Assembly (NCBI GenBank): GCA_004356015.1
Contig: SMYD01000016.1
Location: forward strand, 6,612 to 70,611
DNA: 64,000 bases
Source of the DNA: Acidobacteriota bacterium
GTDB taxonomy: Bacteria; Acidobacteriota; Polarisedimenticolia; SMYD01
Direction of reading: 5' to 3'
In this document: positions 12,588 to 23,985 of the stretch, piece after piece
Layout of the letters: the number at the start of each line of letters is the position of its first letter
Position numbering within the stretch: the first letter of the stretch is position 1
Notes under the pieces: generated by a model
Database searches by the model: none
The model's input: only the letters and a program-made list of their open reading frames with translations
What the model was told of the DNA's origin: nothing
Position numbers and translations under genes: made by a program

Positions 12588-12953
12588 ATGTTTATCAAGA
12601 AGGATAGGAAAAAAGGCCGGCAAAAGATCCGGGTGCGGATTCGCAAGAAGCTGGAGGGTTCCAGTGAGCGCCCACGGCTGGCGATCTTCCGCAGTGCGAA
12701 GCACATCTATGCCCAGGCAGTGGACGACGCTGTCGGACGCACCGTGGCCACGGCTTCAAGCCTTGACAAAGATCTCAAGGCCCTGGGTTATGGTGGCAAC
12801 GTGGAGGCGGCTCAGAGAGTGGGTGAGGCCATCGCCGAGCGCCTGCTGGCCAAGGGCTGTGAAACCGTCGTCTTCGATCGTGGTGGATTCCTGTATCACG
12901 GTCGCGTCAAGGCGCTGGCGGAAGCCGCGCGGTCCAAGGGTCTGAAGTTTTAG
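12588..12953 (+). CDS. rplR: 50S ribosomal protein uL18
   Basis: ATG 12588; [47 protein letters not shown].... The track ORF start at 12558 is an in-frame extension. Confidence 0.92.
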   Translation: MFIKKDRKKGRQKIRVRIRKKLEGSSERPRLAIFRSAKHIYAQAVDDAVGRTVATASSLDKDLKALGYGGNVEAAQRVGEAIAERLLAKGCETVVFDRGGFLYHGRVKALAEAARSKGLKF

Positions 12954-12977
12954 GTCGAAGGCGGCCAGGAGAACGAA

Positions 12978-13490
12978 GTGGAATACGATATCAATCCCGA
13001 TGCTCTGGATCTGAAAGACCAGGTTGTTCACATCAACCGGGTCGCCAAGGTGGTCAAGGGCGGCAAGAATTTCTCTTTCTCCGCTCTGGTGGTGGTGGGA
13101 GATGGCCGCAGCAACGTGGGGTATGGCATGGGCAAGGCCAAGGAGGTTCCCTCGGCCATCGCCAAGGGTGTTGAAAAAGCGAAGCGCAGCCTCATTCGTG
13201 TCAACACAAGGGGAACGACCATCCCCCATGAGATCCTCGGGCGATTCGGAGCCAGTCGTGTCATGATCAAGCCTGCTTCTGAGGGCACCGGGGTGATCGC
13301 TGGTGGGGTGGTGCGTGCTGTCCTGGAGGCTGCCGGTATCCAGGATGTGCTCACCAAGAGCCTGGGTTCTCCAAATCCCCATAACCTTGTCAAGGCGACA
13401 TTCGAGGGACTGCGACGTCTGAAAAGCATTGATGATGTGGCGCGCCTGCGCGGCAAGACGACTGAGGAACTCATGGAGGATCTGGCGTGA
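12978..13490 (+). CDS. rpsE: 30S ribosomal protein uS5
   Basis: GTG start; ...[43 protein letters not shown]... Confidence 0.95.
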   Translation: MEYDINPDALDLKDQVVHINRVAKVVKGGKNFSFSALVVVGDGRSNVGYGMGKAKEVPSAIAKGVEKAKRSLIRVNTRGTTIPHEILGRFGASRVMIKPASEGTGVIAGGVVRAVLEAAGIQDVLTKSLGSPNPHNLVKATFEGLRRLKSIDDVARLRGKTTEELMEDLA

Positions 13491-13690
13491 ATACTGCAAC
13501 CTTGAAGATTCGTCTGGTCCGCAGCCCCATCGGCTACAGTCGCAGGCAGAAGGATACCGTGCGTTCCCTGGGCTTCACGCGTCTGCAGCAGGTCCGGGAA
13601 CTTCCGGATAATGGCGCTGTTCGTGGCATGGTCAACGCGGTTTGCCACCTTGTGGAGGTGGTGGAACATGATGGAGATAAATCTTCATGA
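13487..13690 (+). CDS. rpmD: 50S ribosomal protein uL30
   Basis: GTG start overlapping the rpsE stop (GTGA); ...[53 protein letters not shown]... is L30-like. Confidence 0.88.
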   Translation: MNTATLKIRLVRSPIGYSRRQKDTVRSLGFTRLQQVRELPDNGAVRGMVNAVCHLVEVVEHDGDKSS

Positions 13691-14259
13691 AGCTGCATGA
13701 TCTCAAGCCCGCTCGGGGGTCACGCTCGGCGGTCAAGCGAGTCGGGCGAGGGTCCGGCTCCGGGCAGGGGCGCACCGCAGGCCGCGGTGACAAGGGACAG
13801 AAGTCCCGCTCCGGATATTCACGCAAGCGCGGCTTCGAGGGCGGCCAAATGCCTCTTCACCGGCGACTCCCCAAGAGAGGATTCACGAATATTTTTCGCC
13901 GGGAGTGGTGTGCTGTGAACCTTTCCCGCCTCGCGGAATTGCCGGCCGGCACAGAGGTGACCCCTGAGTTGCTGCGCAGCAGGGGCTGGGTGCCGTCGCG
14001 GGCGTTGCCCGTGAAGATCCTGGCCGTGGGTGATCTGGGTGCTGCTTTGACCATCAAGGCCCACCGCTTCAGCAAGGCCGCTATCACCAAGATCGAGGCC
14101 GCAGGTGGCAAGGTCGAGATACTGGAATTGAAACGCAGGGGACCGGGGCCCAAGGCGCTCAGCCCCAGGGCAGCCTTGAGAGCTGCCAAGGCCGCTGGCA
14201 GGAGCGGTGCCACGCCCGCAGCCAGCGACGCGGCGCCTGCGGAAGAGACCAAGGCGTGA
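13687..14259 (+). CDS. rplO: 50S ribosomal protein uL15 with an Ala/Pro/Lys-rich C-terminal extension
   Basis: 190 aa; ATGA overlap with rpmD. N-terminal 145 aa is typical L15 ([34 protein letters not shown]...). About 45 extra residues follow: ...[41 protein letters not shown]. Confidence 0.92.
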   Translation: MKLHDLKPARGSRSAVKRVGRGSGSGQGRTAGRGDKGQKSRSGYSRKRGFEGGQMPLHRRLPKRGFTNIFRREWCAVNLSRLAELPAGTEVTPELLRSRGWVPSRALPVKILAVGDLGAALTIKAHRFSKAAITKIEAAGGKVEILELKRRGPGPKALSPRAALRAAKAAGRSGATPAASDAAPAEETKA

Positions 14260-15656
14260 TCGAAAGTCTTCGTAATATATTCAAGATTCCGGAGTTGCGG
14301 AATCGGGTTCTGTTCACCTTCAGCATGCTGGCCGTCTACCAGGTGGGTGGTCAGATCCCGACGCCCGGGGTGAATACTGTCGCCCTGCAGGAGTTTTTCC
14401 GCAACCAGGCTGGGACCGTCTTCGGATATTTCGATATGTTCGCCGGCGGCAATTTCAGCCGCTTCTCCATTTTCGCCCTGGGGATCATGCCGTATATTTC
14501 GGCGTCCATCATCCTGCAGTTGCTCACGGTGATCTGGCCTTACCTGGAAAAACTGTCCAAAGAGGGCGAGGTCGGGCGCAAGAAGATCGTCCAGTACACG
14601 CGTTACGGCACGGTGGTTCTCTCGGTGGTTCAGTCCATGGGCATCGCCCTCTGGCTGGAGAATATCTCAGGCTTCGGTGGTGGGGTGGTTCTCCATCCAG
14701 GATGGGGATTTCGCCTCATGACCGTTCTCACCCTGACCACAGGTACGGCATTCATCATGTGGCTGGGTGAACAGATCACCGACAGAGGGATTGGCAACGG
14801 CATCTCCCTGATCATTTTTTCCGGTATCATCGTGAATCTTCCCCAGGCGATATTTGATACTTTTGTGGATCTTCAGTCGGGAAGTATCAGTTTATTTGCC
14901 ATCCTGGCTCTCGTGGTCGTGATGATGGCCGTCATCGCGATCATCGTCTTTGTGGAGCGGGCTCAGCGGCGCATCCCGGTGCAATACGCCAGGCGAGTCG
15001 TGGGACGTAAAGTTTACGGCGGTCAGGCTACCCATCTGCCCCTGCGGGTGAACACCAGTGGCGTGATCCCGGTGATTTTCGCATCATCTTTGCTCACGAT
15101 TCCACAGACGGTGGGTCAGATCGTTCAGGTAGGGGCGGTCCAGCGGTTTTCCAGTCTGTTCAGCTATAACGAGCCCCTCTACAATCTCGCATATTTCTGT
15201 CTCATTCTTTTCTTCTGCTATTTTTACACTTCCATCATCTTCAACCCGGTTGACACAGCGGACAACCTCAAGAAGTATGGAGGTTTCATTCCGGGGATTC
15301 GCCCGGGGAAACGAACCGCTGAATATATCGACAAGGTTTTGACACGCCTCACATTCGCCGGTGCCATCTATCTGGGCCTGGTTGCGCTTCTGCCGGTCAT
15401 GCTCATCAGTGGAATGAATCCGGCGGGGTTGGACAGGATCCCCCTGCTGGGAGAGCTGGGGCTGGGAAGTTTGCTGGATAATCTGATGCCCTCGTTTCTG
15501 GCCAATGGCATGGGTGTGAAGTTCTTCTTCGGCGGCACATCGCTGCTCATCGTGGTGGGTGTGGCCATGGACACCGTTCAGCAGGTTGAATCACAGCTGA
15601 TCATGCGCCACTACGAGGGGTTCCTCAAGGGATCGAGAGTACGCGGCCGGAGATGA
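14256..15656 (+). CDS. secY: Preprotein translocase subunit SecY
   Basis: 466 aa, 10 predicted TM segments; GTG start overlapping the rplO stop; [31 protein letters not shown]... Confidence 0.95.
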   Translation: MIESLRNIFKIPELRNRVLFTFSMLAVYQVGGQIPTPGVNTVALQEFFRNQAGTVFGYFDMFAGGNFSRFSIFALGIMPYISASIILQLLTVIWPYLEKLSKEGEVGRKKIVQYTRYGTVVLSVVQSMGIALWLENISGFGGGVVLHPGWGFRLMTVLTLTTGTAFIMWLGEQITDRGIGNGISLIIFSGIIVNLPQAIFDTFVDLQSGSISLFAILALVVVMMAVIAIIVFVERAQRRIPVQYARRVVGRKVYGGQATHLPLRVNTSGVIPVIFASSLLTIPQTVGQIVQVGAVQRFSSLFSYNEPLYNLAYFCLILFFCYFYTSIIFNPVDTADNLKKYGGFIPGIRPGKRTAEYIDKVLTRLTFAGAIYLGLVALLPVMLISGMNPAGLDRIPLLGELGLGSLLDNLMPSFLANGMGVKFFFGGTSLLIVVGVAMDTVQQVESQLIMRHYEGFLKGSRVRGRR

Positions 15657-16300
15657 TGTACTTGGAGATCATGGGTCCACCGGGAGCGGGAAAGGGAACT
15701 CAGGCACGCCGTCTCTCGGCGGCGCGAGGGATTCCCCATATCTCCACGGGGGAGATGTTTCGCGAAAATATACGGCAGGCCACGGACTTGGGTCGAATGG
15801 CAGATGAATATCTGCAGAACGGGGGCCTCGTTCCCGATGACCTGGTGACGGATATGGTGCGGGACCGTCTCTCACGAGCCGACTGCCGCGATGGTTACCT
15901 TCTGGATGGATATCCACGTACCCCGGCCCAGGTTCGAGATCTGGATGGGATTCTTTCGGTCCGTGGCTGGGAGCGGACAGGCGTCCTGCTCCTTGAGGTG
16001 AGCGAGGAGGACGTGCTGAGAAGGCTGGCGGGGCGACGCATCTGCACGGGCTGTGGCCATGTATCGCGTCTCCAGGCCCTCTCAGGTGGGGGAGGTTGTC
16101 CCGAATGTGGTGCCGAGATGAGCCAGCGGGATGATGACCGCGAGGATCTGGTGAGAGAACGGCTACTGGTTTATCGGCGTGAGACGGAGCCGGTGTTGGC
16201 TATTTACCAGGAGAGGGGTATCCTGCGCCGCATGGATGGGATGGGCACCGAAGACGAGGTTTTTGAACGGATGCTGAACATCCTCGAGGTGCTGGCATGA
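15653..16300 (+). CDS. adk: Adenylate kinase (long form with Cys4 zinc lid)
   Basis: P-loop GPPGAGKGTQ; LID domain CTGCGHV...CPECG; ATGA overlap with the secY stop. Confidence 0.93.
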   Translation: MMYLEIMGPPGAGKGTQARRLSAARGIPHISTGEMFRENIRQATDLGRMADEYLQNGGLVPDDLVTDMVRDRLSRADCRDGYLLDGYPRTPAQVRDLDGILSVRGWERTGVLLLEVSEEDVLRRLAGRRICTGCGHVSRLQALSGGGGCPECGAEMSQRDDDREDLVRERLLVYRRETEPVLAIYQERGILRRMDGMGTEDEVFERMLNILEVLA

Positions 16301-17118
16301 TCACCCTCAAGAGCGAGAATGAGTTGGCCATTATGGACCGGTGCAACACAATTGTGTTGGGTGTGATCGCGGAAATTTCCCGGATGATTCGCCCGGGATG
16401 CCAGGTCGAAGACCTGGATGCCCATGCCGCTGAGCGCACCCGCGCCGCAGGGGCCACGGCGTCATTCAAAGGCTACCAGGGCTTCCCCTCGACCCTTTGT
16501 GTGTCGATCAACGACCAGGTGGTGCATGGCATTCCCGTGGCGCGCACTCTCGAGAAAGGCGATATCGTGAGCATCGATTTCGGCGTTCACCTTGAGGGGT
16601 TCCATGGTGATGGCGCCGAGACCTTTGTCGTCGGAGAAACCACGCCTGAGGTCGCCGCCCTGGTCCAGGGTACCCGGGAAGCCTTACGCCTGGGAATCGA
16701 ACAGATGCGCCCCGGAAGGCACCTGGGAGACGTGGGGTACGCGGTCCAGACCCATGCTGAGAGCCACGGCTGGGGAGTGGTTCGGGAGTACGTTGGACAC
16801 GGAATCGGCCGCGAGTTGCACGAGAATCCCAGCCTTCCCAATTACGGTCGTCAGGGACAAGGAACCCGCCTGGAAGAGGGTATGGTACTGGCCATCGAGC
16901 CTATGCTCAACCTGGGGACGCCGAAGGTCAGCCTGGGCTCCGATCAGTGGACCGTGACCACCGCGGATGGGCAGCCGTCTGCCCATTTTGAGCGCTCTGT
17001 GGCCATCACATCCGCGGGACCATGGGTCCTGGGCTCGGGGGCACGACCGGGAGAGATCCTTCTGGACCTCCCCATGCAGGACGAGGTGGTTGCTGCCGTC
17101 GGGGGAGGAGTCTCTTGA
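16297..17118 (+). CDS. map: Methionine aminopeptidase type I
   Basis: 273 aa; metal-ligand motifs ...[16 protein letters not shown]...HGIGRELHE...; ATGA overlap with the adk stop. Confidence 0.93.
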   Translation: MITLKSENELAIMDRCNTIVLGVIAEISRMIRPGCQVEDLDAHAAERTRAAGATASFKGYQGFPSTLCVSINDQVVHGIPVARTLEKGDIVSIDFGVHLEGFHGDGAETFVVGETTPEVAALVQGTREALRLGIEQMRPGRHLGDVGYAVQTHAESHGWGVVREYVGHGIGRELHENPSLPNYGRQGQGTRLEEGMVLAIEPMLNLGTPKVSLGSDQWTVTTADGQPSAHFERSVAITSAGPWVLGSGARPGEILLDLPMQDEVVAAVGGGVS

Positions 17119-17336
17119 GCGAGAAAGAGGAAGCAATCCAGGTGGAAGCAACCGTCCTGGAGCCGCTGCCGAACGCCATGTTCAGGGTCGAAATGGACAA
17201 TAAGCACAAGATATTGGCCCACATTTCAGGAAAAATGAGGAAGCATTTCATTCGTATCCTGCCCGGGGACAGGGTCCTGGTGGAGTTGTCACCTTACGAC
17301 CTGACGCGGGGTCGGATCGTCTATAGATACAAATAG
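17115..17336 (+). CDS. infA: Translation initiation factor IF-1
   Basis: TTG at 17115 (TTGA overlap with the map stop) gives (M)[72 protein letters not shown], a close IF-1 match. Confidence 0.92.
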   Translation: MSEKEEAIQVEATVLEPLPNAMFRVEMDNKHKILAHISGKMRKHFIRILPGDRVLVELSPYDLTRGRIVYRYK

Positions 17337-17372
17337 GGAAACGGTCGCGGATGGCGGCTGGAAGGTGCTAAT

Positions 17373-17486
17373 ATGAAAGTTCGTGCTTCAGTAAAACGGA
17401 TGTGTGACAAGTGCAAAATCATCCGGCGGCGAGGTGTCGTCCGGGTGATTTGTGTAATACCCAAGCATAAACAGCGTCAGGGTTAG
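17373..17486 (+). CDS. rpmJ: 50S ribosomal protein bL36 (zinc-ribbon form)
   Basis: Not in the ORF track (37 aa). ATG 17373 to TAG 17484-17486 encodes [37 protein letters not shown], with the C-x2-C...C-x4-H L36 zinc motif. Confidence 0.92.
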   Translation: MKVRASVKRMCDKCKIIRRRGVVRVICVIPKHKQRQG

Positions 17487-17496
17487 GAGGCTCGCG

Positions 17497-17883
17497 GTGG
17501 CGCGCATTGCAGGAGTGGATCTTCCCCAGGGGAAGAGGACTGAGTTCGCCCTGACGTATATCTATGGGATTGGCCGTACCAAGGCCCTTGATATCCTGGC
17601 CAAGGCCAGGGTCGAGACCGGTATCAAGGTCAAGGATCTCTCAGAGGATGAGGTGGCAAAGATCCGCCGCATCATTCAGGATGAGGGTCAGGTGGAGGGT
17701 GATCTCCGCAAGAATGTGGCCATGGATATCAAGCGACTCATGGATATCGGGTCTTATCGTGGCCTGCGCCACCGGCGGAGTCTGCCGGTTCGCGGCCAGA
17801 GAACGCACACCAACGCGCGCACCAAGAAGGGTCCGCGGCGGGCCATTGCCGGGAAGAAAAAGTCCGCAGGCAAGAAGGGATAG
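17497..17883 (+). CDS. rpsM: 30S ribosomal protein uS13
   Basis: GTG start; [34 protein letters not shown]... Confidence 0.95.
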   Translation: MARIAGVDLPQGKRTEFALTYIYGIGRTKALDILAKARVETGIKVKDLSEDEVAKIRRIIQDEGQVEGDLRKNVAMDIKRLMDIGSYRGLRHRRSLPVRGQRTHTNARTKKGPRRAIAGKKKSAGKKG

Positions 17884-17895
17884 GGTTAGAGCTTC

Positions 17896-18288
17896 ATGGC
17901 CAAACCGAAGGTCAAGAAAAAGAGCAGGGGAGTCAAGAAGAACGTTCCCCACGGCATCGCCAATGTGCATGCCTCGTTCAACAATACGATTGTCAGTATC
18001 TGTGATCCCGAAGGCAACGTCCTCGCGTGGGCGTCGGGAGGAACCGTGGGCTTCAAGGGTTCCCGCAAGGGAACGCCATTTGCTGCGACACTGGTTTCCC
18101 AGGCTGCGGGTAATGGCGCCAAGGAACATGGTGTGCGTTCCGTGGATGTCAAGGTGAAAGGTCCAGGATCGGGTCGTGAGTCAGCCATCAGGGCGCTGCA
18201 GGTGGTCGGCATCGAGGTGAAATCGATCAAGGACATCACGCCGATTCCCCATAATGGTTGCCGTCCGCCCAAGCGGCGGCGGGTCTGA
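17896..18288 (+). CDS. rpsK: 30S ribosomal protein uS11
   Basis: 130 aa; ...[30 protein letters not shown]... Confidence 0.95.
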   Translation: MAKPKVKKKSRGVKKNVPHGIANVHASFNNTIVSICDPEGNVLAWASGGTVGFKGSRKGTPFAATLVSQAAGNGAKEHGVRSVDVKVKGPGSGRESAIRALQVVGIEVKSIKDITPIPHNGCRPPKRRRV

Positions 18289-18300
18289 GGAGGTCTGGAA

Positions 18301-18927
<627 letters not shown>

Positions 18928-18958
18928 CGCAGTAAGGACTGAGGAGGACATTCGACTC

Positions 18959-19945
18959 ATGTTGTGGAAAGGTTTCCAGCGGCCCAAGCGCCTGGAGTGC
19001 GATACGACGACGTTGTCGCCGACCTATGGTCTGTTCTATGCCCAGCCTTTTGAACGGGGCTTTGGTACCACGATAGGTCATGCCTTGAGGAGGGTGCTGT
19101 TGTCCTCCATCGAGGGAACGGCGGTGACTGCCGTGCGGATTGAAGGAGTTCTGCACGAGTTCAGTTCTCTGCCCGGCGTGGTGGAAGACACCACCGATAT
19201 CATCCTGAACCTGAAGCAGATCCCCATGAAGTCCCATGTGGATCACCCGGAGACAATCCGAATTTCCGCCAGAGGACCATGCACTATCACCTCCAAGGAC
19301 ATCGAGGTGAATCAGAACGTCGAGATCCTGGACCCGGACATTCATATTGCCACGATCGGGGAGGAAGGCCGCCTGGAGATGGAGTTGCGGGTGAAGGTCG
19401 GCCGAGGCTACGTGCCGGCGGATCGAAATTTTGATGAAGACCTCTCAATCGGCTATATCCCGGTTGATTCCGCCCATTCACCGGTGCGTCGGGTCAACTA
19501 CAAGGTGGAGGATGCTCGCCTTGGCCAGACCACCGATTACGACAAGCTCACCATGGAGGTGTGGACCGATGGCTCGGTGGCGCCCCAGGATGCGGTGGCG
19601 ATGGCTTCCAAGCTGGTCCAGAACCACCTGTCCATCTTCATTAATTTTGAAGAATCCAGTGACGAACTGGACGACGGTCTGGGCAGCGAAGATCAGGTTC
19701 TGCACGAGAACCTGAACCGTTCCGTGGATGAAATGGAGTTGTCCGTCCGGTCGTACAATTGTTTGAAGAATGCAAACATCTCCAGCATCGCAGACCTTGT
19801 GCAGAAGAGCGAGCAGGAAATGCTCAAGACCAAGAACTTCGGTCGAAAGTCGCTCGTGGAGATCAAGGAGATTCTTTCGGAGATGGGCTTGTCCCTGGGT
19901 ATGAAGCCCGAGGACCTGCGCAGATACTCGACAGCCGCCGAATAG
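18959..19945 (+). CDS. rpoA: DNA-directed RNA polymerase alpha subunit
   Basis: ATG 18959 preceded by GAGGAGGA. N-terminal domain, then alpha-CTD motif ...[46 protein letters not shown]... The track ORF start at 18908 overlaps rpsD and is less likely. Confidence 0.92.
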   Translation: MLWKGFQRPKRLECDTTTLSPTYGLFYAQPFERGFGTTIGHALRRVLLSSIEGTAVTAVRIEGVLHEFSSLPGVVEDTTDIILNLKQIPMKSHVDHPETIRISARGPCTITSKDIEVNQNVEILDPDIHIATIGEEGRLEMELRVKVGRGYVPADRNFDEDLSIGYIPVDSAHSPVRRVNYKVEDARLGQTTDYDKLTMEVWTDGSVAPQDAVAMASKLVQNHLSIFINFEESSDELDDGLGSEDQVLHENLNRSVDEMELSVRSYNCLKNANISSIADLVQKSEQEMLKTKNFGRKSLVEIKEILSEMGLSLGMKPEDLRRYSTAAE

Positions 19946-19973
19946 GGCGGCAGCGTACGGCGGAGAAAGAACA

Positions 19974-20399
19974 ATGCGACACAGGGTCAAGGGACGTAAG
20001 CTGGGAAGAACCACCGCTCACCGGGTGGCGACGTTGAGAAATCTCTCGACGGCGCTGTTCACCCACGAGCGTATAACCACGACCCTCATGAAGGCCAAGG
20101 AGATGCGTCCCTTCGCCGAGAAACTGATCACCATTTCGAGACGGGACACGCTGCATGCCCGGCGCAACGTGGCTCGGAATATCAGAGATAAATCCGCACT
20201 GAAGAAGCTCTTCGAAACCCTGGGACCGCGCTATGCTGATCGGCCAGGTGGCTACATTCGCCTCTATCACCTTGGATATCGCCCGGGAGATACGGCCGAT
20301 ATGGCCTTGGTGGAACTGGTGGATGCAGCTCCCGTAGAGGCGGATGCGAAGGAAAAGAAGAAGGATGACAGCGAAAAAACTGTCAAAGCCGAATCCTGA
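19974..20399 (+). CDS. rplQ: 50S ribosomal protein bL17
   Basis: 141 aa; [53 protein letters not shown]... Confidence 0.95.
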   Translation: MRHRVKGRKLGRTTAHRVATLRNLSTALFTHERITTTLMKAKEMRPFAEKLITISRRDTLHARRNVARNIRDKSALKKLFETLGPRYADRPGGYIRLYHLGYRPGDTADMALVELVDAAPVEADAKEKKKDDSEKTVKAES

Positions 20400-20431
20400 G
20401 AAGTTACGACCCGAGATTGTGAAGAAAATAG

Positions 20432-20458
20432 AGGGAGCATCTGCTCCCTTTATTTTTG
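20432..20458 (+). terminator. Intrinsic (rho-independent) terminator closing the ribosomal superoperon
   Basis: AGGGAGCA-tc-TGCTCCCT perfect inverted repeat (20432-20449), followed directly by TTTATTTTTG. It sits 33 nt after the rplQ stop. Confidence 0.75.
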
Positions 20459-20497
20459 TCCCCATGACAGATTCTGTGAGCCGGGAAAGGACGGGAG

Positions 20498-23400
20498 ATG
20501 CCCAGGCGGGATGACCTGAAATCGATTCTCATCCTCGGGTCCGGTCCCATTGTCATAGGCCAGGCCTGCGAGTTTGACTATTCGGGTGTGCAAGCGTGCA
20601 AGGTCCTCCGTCAGGAGGGTTATCGTGTCATCCTGGCCAATTCGAATCCGGCCACCATCATGACCGACCCGGAGATGGCCGATCGCACCTATATCGAGCC
20701 GCTGGTCCCGGAAGTCCTTGAGCGTATCATCGCCGTCGAGCGCCCCGATGCGCTCCTTCCCACCGTGGGGGGACAGACCGCCCTCAACCTGGCGGTGAAA
20801 CTCGCCCAGGACGGAATCCTGGAACGCTACGGCGTAGAACTCATCGGTGCCAAGCTGCGTTCCATACAGGTCTGCGAGGAACGGCACCTATTCAAGGAGG
20901 CCATGCAGCGGATTGGCCTGGCGGTGCCCCACAGCGCCGCGGTTCATTCCGTGCAGGAGGCGGAAGAGTTCGCGGCGACTTCCCCCTTTCCCCTCATTCT
21001 GCGCCCCTCCTTCACCCTGGGCGGAGCCGGCGGTGGAATTGCCTATAACATCGAGGAGTTGCGGGAGATTGTCCAGCAGGGTCTGAACCTCTCCATCAGT
21101 GGTGAAGTTCTGGTGGAGGAATCTCTCATCGGCTGGAAGGAATTCGAGCTGGAGGTCATGCGGGACCAGGCCGGCAATGTGGTGATCATCTGTTCCATCG
21201 AGAACCTGGACCCCATGGGCATCCACACAGGCGATTCCATCACGGTGGCGCCGGCCCAGACTCTGACCGACCGCGAATACCAGCGGTTGCGTGATTCCGC
21301 GCTGCTCATCATGGGCGAGGTGGGTGTGGAAACCGGTGGCTCCAATATACAGTTCGCGGTCAACCCCGATGATGGGCGGGTCATGATCATCGAGATGAAT
21401 CCGCGAGTGTCCCGTTCGTCGGCCCTGGCCTCAAAGGCCACCGGGTTTCCCATTGCGAAGATCGCCGCCAAACTGGCTGTGGGATACACCCTCGACGAGA
21501 TTCCCAACGACATCACCCGCGAGACACCGGCTTCCTTCGAACCGACCATGGATTATTGTGTGGTCAAGATTCCGCGCTTCGATTTCGAGAAATTTCCCAA
21601 GACCGATCGCCGCCTGGGGACCCAGATGCGTTCGGTAGGCGAAGTCATGGCCATGGGGCGAACCTTCAAAGAAGCTCTGCAGAAGGGTCTGCGCAGCCTG
21701 GAGATTGGCAGGGCAGGCCTGGGTGCTGACGGTGAGGATAATCTGACTCCCGCCGAAGTGCGGGAGGCTCTGGCCGGCGGCTTCCCCAACCGGATTTTTG
21801 CCATACGCCAGGCCATGGTGGCCGGGATGACCGTGGATGCTCTAGCGGAGATCACTCATTACGACCGCTGGTTTTTGGCCAATATCGAGGAACTCGTTCA
21901 CCTGGAGGGCAACCTGCGTGCTTTTGCCCTGGCCCAGGTCCCCGACGATCTCCTGAGAAGAGCCAAGCGCTGGGGGTTCTCCGACAAGCAGCTGGCGTAC
22001 CTTCTCAACTCTGGTGAAGGTGCCGTCAGGTCCGAACGCGAAAAGCGGGGCATCATCCCGGTCTATTTACGGGTGGACACCTGCGGGGCCGAGTTCGAAG
22101 CCCACACGCCTTACCTCTATTCAAGTTATGAAGAAGAGGATGAATGTCGCCCGACCAAGAAGAGAAAGATCATGATTCTGGGCGGCGGCCCGAACCGGAT
22201 CGGCCAGGGGATCGAATTTGATTACTGCTGCTGCCAGGCTGCGTATGCTCTCAGCGAGCAGGGATTCGAAACCATCATGGTCAACTGTAACCCGGAGACC
22301 GTGTCCACCGACTATGACACCTCCGATAGACTTTACTTCGAGCCCCTGACCATGGAAGATGTTCTCAATATCGTCGAAAGGGAGAACCCTGAAGGTGTCA
22401 TTGTCCAGTATGGCGGCCAGACGCCGCTGAAACTGGCCATGGGACTGCATCAGGCCGGTGTCCCTATCCTGGGAACTTCGCCCGAGATGATCGACCTGGC
22501 CGAAGACCGCCAGCGCTTCGAGAAGCTGCTGGAAGATCTGGATATCCCCAAGCCCGAGTCCGGCACTGCCAGATCCTATGACGAAGCAAAGGGAGTGGCC
22601 GAACGCATCGGGTACCCGGTCCTGGTACGTCCTTCCTATGTCCTGGGAGGCCGCGCCATGGCCATCGTTTATGATCCTGAGGACCTGGAGAAGTACATCC
22701 TCCTCGCGGCCAAGGCGTCTGCGGATCATCCCATTCTCATCGACCGATTTCTGGAAGACGCTTTTGAAGTGGATGTGGATGCCATCTGCGATGGCAGCGA
22801 CGTTCTCATCGCCGGCATCATGCAGCACATCGAAGAGGCTGGGATTCACTCTGGAGATTCAGCCTGCGTTCTGCCGCCATATCTCATCGCGGAAGAGCAC
22901 CTGCAGACTATCCGGGACCACACCCGCCGTCTGGCGCTGGCTCTTGAGGTCAAGGGTCTTCTCAATATCCAGTACGCCATCAAGGATGATGTTGTCTATG
23001 TGCTGGAGGTAAACCCCAGGGCTTCCCGGACCGTGCCGTTTGTCTCCAAGGCCACGGGATTGCAGGTGGCCCAGCTGGGCGCCCGGGTGATGGTGGGGGA
23101 GAGTCTGGCCGACCTGGGCGTGGAGCCGCGGGTTCTTGACGGCTACTTCGTCAAGGAAGCGGTGTTCCCGTTCACACGTTTCAACGGCGACGACCCGGTT
23201 CTGGGACCCGAGATGAAGTCCACCGGCGAGGTCATGGGCATCTCCGATTCGTTCGGTGGTGCCTTCGCCAAGGCCCAGATGAGCGCCGGCTCGCCTTTGC
23301 CCACCGAGGGCACGGTCTTCTTGTCGGTGAACGATAATGACAAGGACAGCGTCGTTCCCATCGCCCGCGGCCTTCTGGAACGGGGATTCAAGCTGGTGGC

Positions 23401-23710
23401 CACCGGCGGTACGGCGGATCATCTGCACCGGGCTGGGCTGGATGTGGAGAAGGTGTTCAAGGTCAGCGAGGGGCGCCCCAATATCGTGGACCGCATCAAG
23501 AACGGCGACATTGCCATGATGATCAACACGCCCCTGGGACGCGAATCCTATCTGGACGAGAAGACCCTGCGCCAGAGTGGCTACACCTATGGTGTCCCCG
23601 TGATCACCACCCTGTCGGGTGCCGCCGCCTCGGTGGCCGGCATCAAGGCCCTGCAGGGCGAAGAACTGGTGGTGCGGGCTCTCCAGGATTGCCACAAGCA
23701 GAAGTGGTAG
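20498..23710 (+). CDS. carB: Carbamoyl-phosphate synthase large subunit
   Basis: 1070 aa; two ATP-grasp repeats ([21 protein letters not shown]... and [21 protein letters not shown]...) and a C-terminal MGS-like domain. RBS GGGAG upstream. Confidence 0.96.
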   Translation: MPRRDDLKSILILGSGPIVIGQACEFDYSGVQACKVLRQEGYRVILANSNPATIMTDPEMADRTYIEPLVPEVLERIIAVERPDALLPTVGGQTALNLAVKLAQDGILERYGVELIGAKLRSIQVCEERHLFKEAMQRIGLAVPHSAAVHSVQEAEEFAATSPFPLILRPSFTLGGAGGGIAYNIEELREIVQQGLNLSISGEVLVEESLIGWKEFELEVMRDQAGNVVIICSIENLDPMGIHTGDSITVAPAQTLTDREYQRLRDSALLIMGEVGVETGGSNIQFAVNPDDGRVMIIEMNPRVSRSSALASKATGFPIAKIAAKLAVGYTLDEIPNDITRETPASFEPTMDYCVVKIPRFDFEKFPKTDRRLGTQMRSVGEVMAMGRTFKEALQKGLRSLEIGRAGLGADGEDNLTPAEVREALAGGFPNRIFAIRQAMVAGMTVDALAEITHYDRWFLANIEELVHLEGNLRAFALAQVPDDLLRRAKRWGFSDKQLAYLLNSGEGAVRSEREKRGIIPVYLRVDTCGAEFEAHTPYLYSSYEEEDECRPTKKRKIMILGGGPNRIGQGIEFDYCCCQAAYALSEQGFETIMVNCNPETVSTDYDTSDRLYFEPLTMEDVLNIVERENPEGVIVQYGGQTPLKLAMGLHQAGVPILGTSPEMIDLAEDRQRFEKLLEDLDIPKPESGTARSYDEAKGVAERIGYPVLVRPSYVLGGRAMAIVYDPEDLEKYILLAAKASADHPILIDRFLEDAFEVDVDAICDGSDVLIAGIMQHIEEAGIHSGDSACVLPPYLIAEEHLQTIRDHTRRLALALEVKGLLNIQYAIKDDVVYVLEVNPRASRTVPFVSKATGLQVAQLGARVMVGESLADLGVEPRVLDGYFVKEAVFPFTRFNGDDPVLGPEMKSTGEVMGISDSFGGAFAKAQMSAGSPLPTEGTVFLSVNDNDKDSVVPIARGLLERGFKLVATGGTADHLHRAGLDVEKVFKVSEGRPNIVDRIKNGDIAMMINTPLGRESYLDEKTLRQSGYTYGVPVITTLSGAAASVAGIKALQGEELVVRALQDCHKQKW

Positions 23711-23985
23711 GCACGTTGGTTCTCCCGCGAACGTAATTCTGAGTCTGTCAAAGAACCGGTTCTGCTTGGTCCCGGCAAGAAATTCCGCCGCAACTCACTG
23801 ATGAACCTGCCCCCTCTTGTGTCCAGCCTGACGGCAAAGAACCCTGGACTCGTGCCTGCAATCCATGCTCGCCCATCCTGAATCTGAATCAGAGCCAGAA
23901 GCATGGCCAGTGCGGAACCTCATTTCGCGGGATAGGGAACGTTTGCACGCAGCCCTCTGCCGGTCCCTTTGCCATCGATTCTCCC

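Noticed and set aside
11469-12704. 411-aa minus-strand ORF antisense to rpsH and rplF
   Set aside because: Same reasoning: antisense shadow of ribosomal protein genes with no recognisable motifs.
22121-23695. 242-aa and 278-aa minus-strand ORFs inside carB
   Set aside because: Antisense shadows of carB; carB is conserved throughout on the plus strand.
23711-23985. 275-nt non-coding gap between the convergent carB and glycosyltransferase genes, examined for a tRNA or sRNA
   Set aside because: No tRNA-like T-arm (GTTCGAATC-type) or cloverleaf complementarity was found. It only contains a short tandem GAATCT GAATCA. It most likely holds convergent transcription ends.
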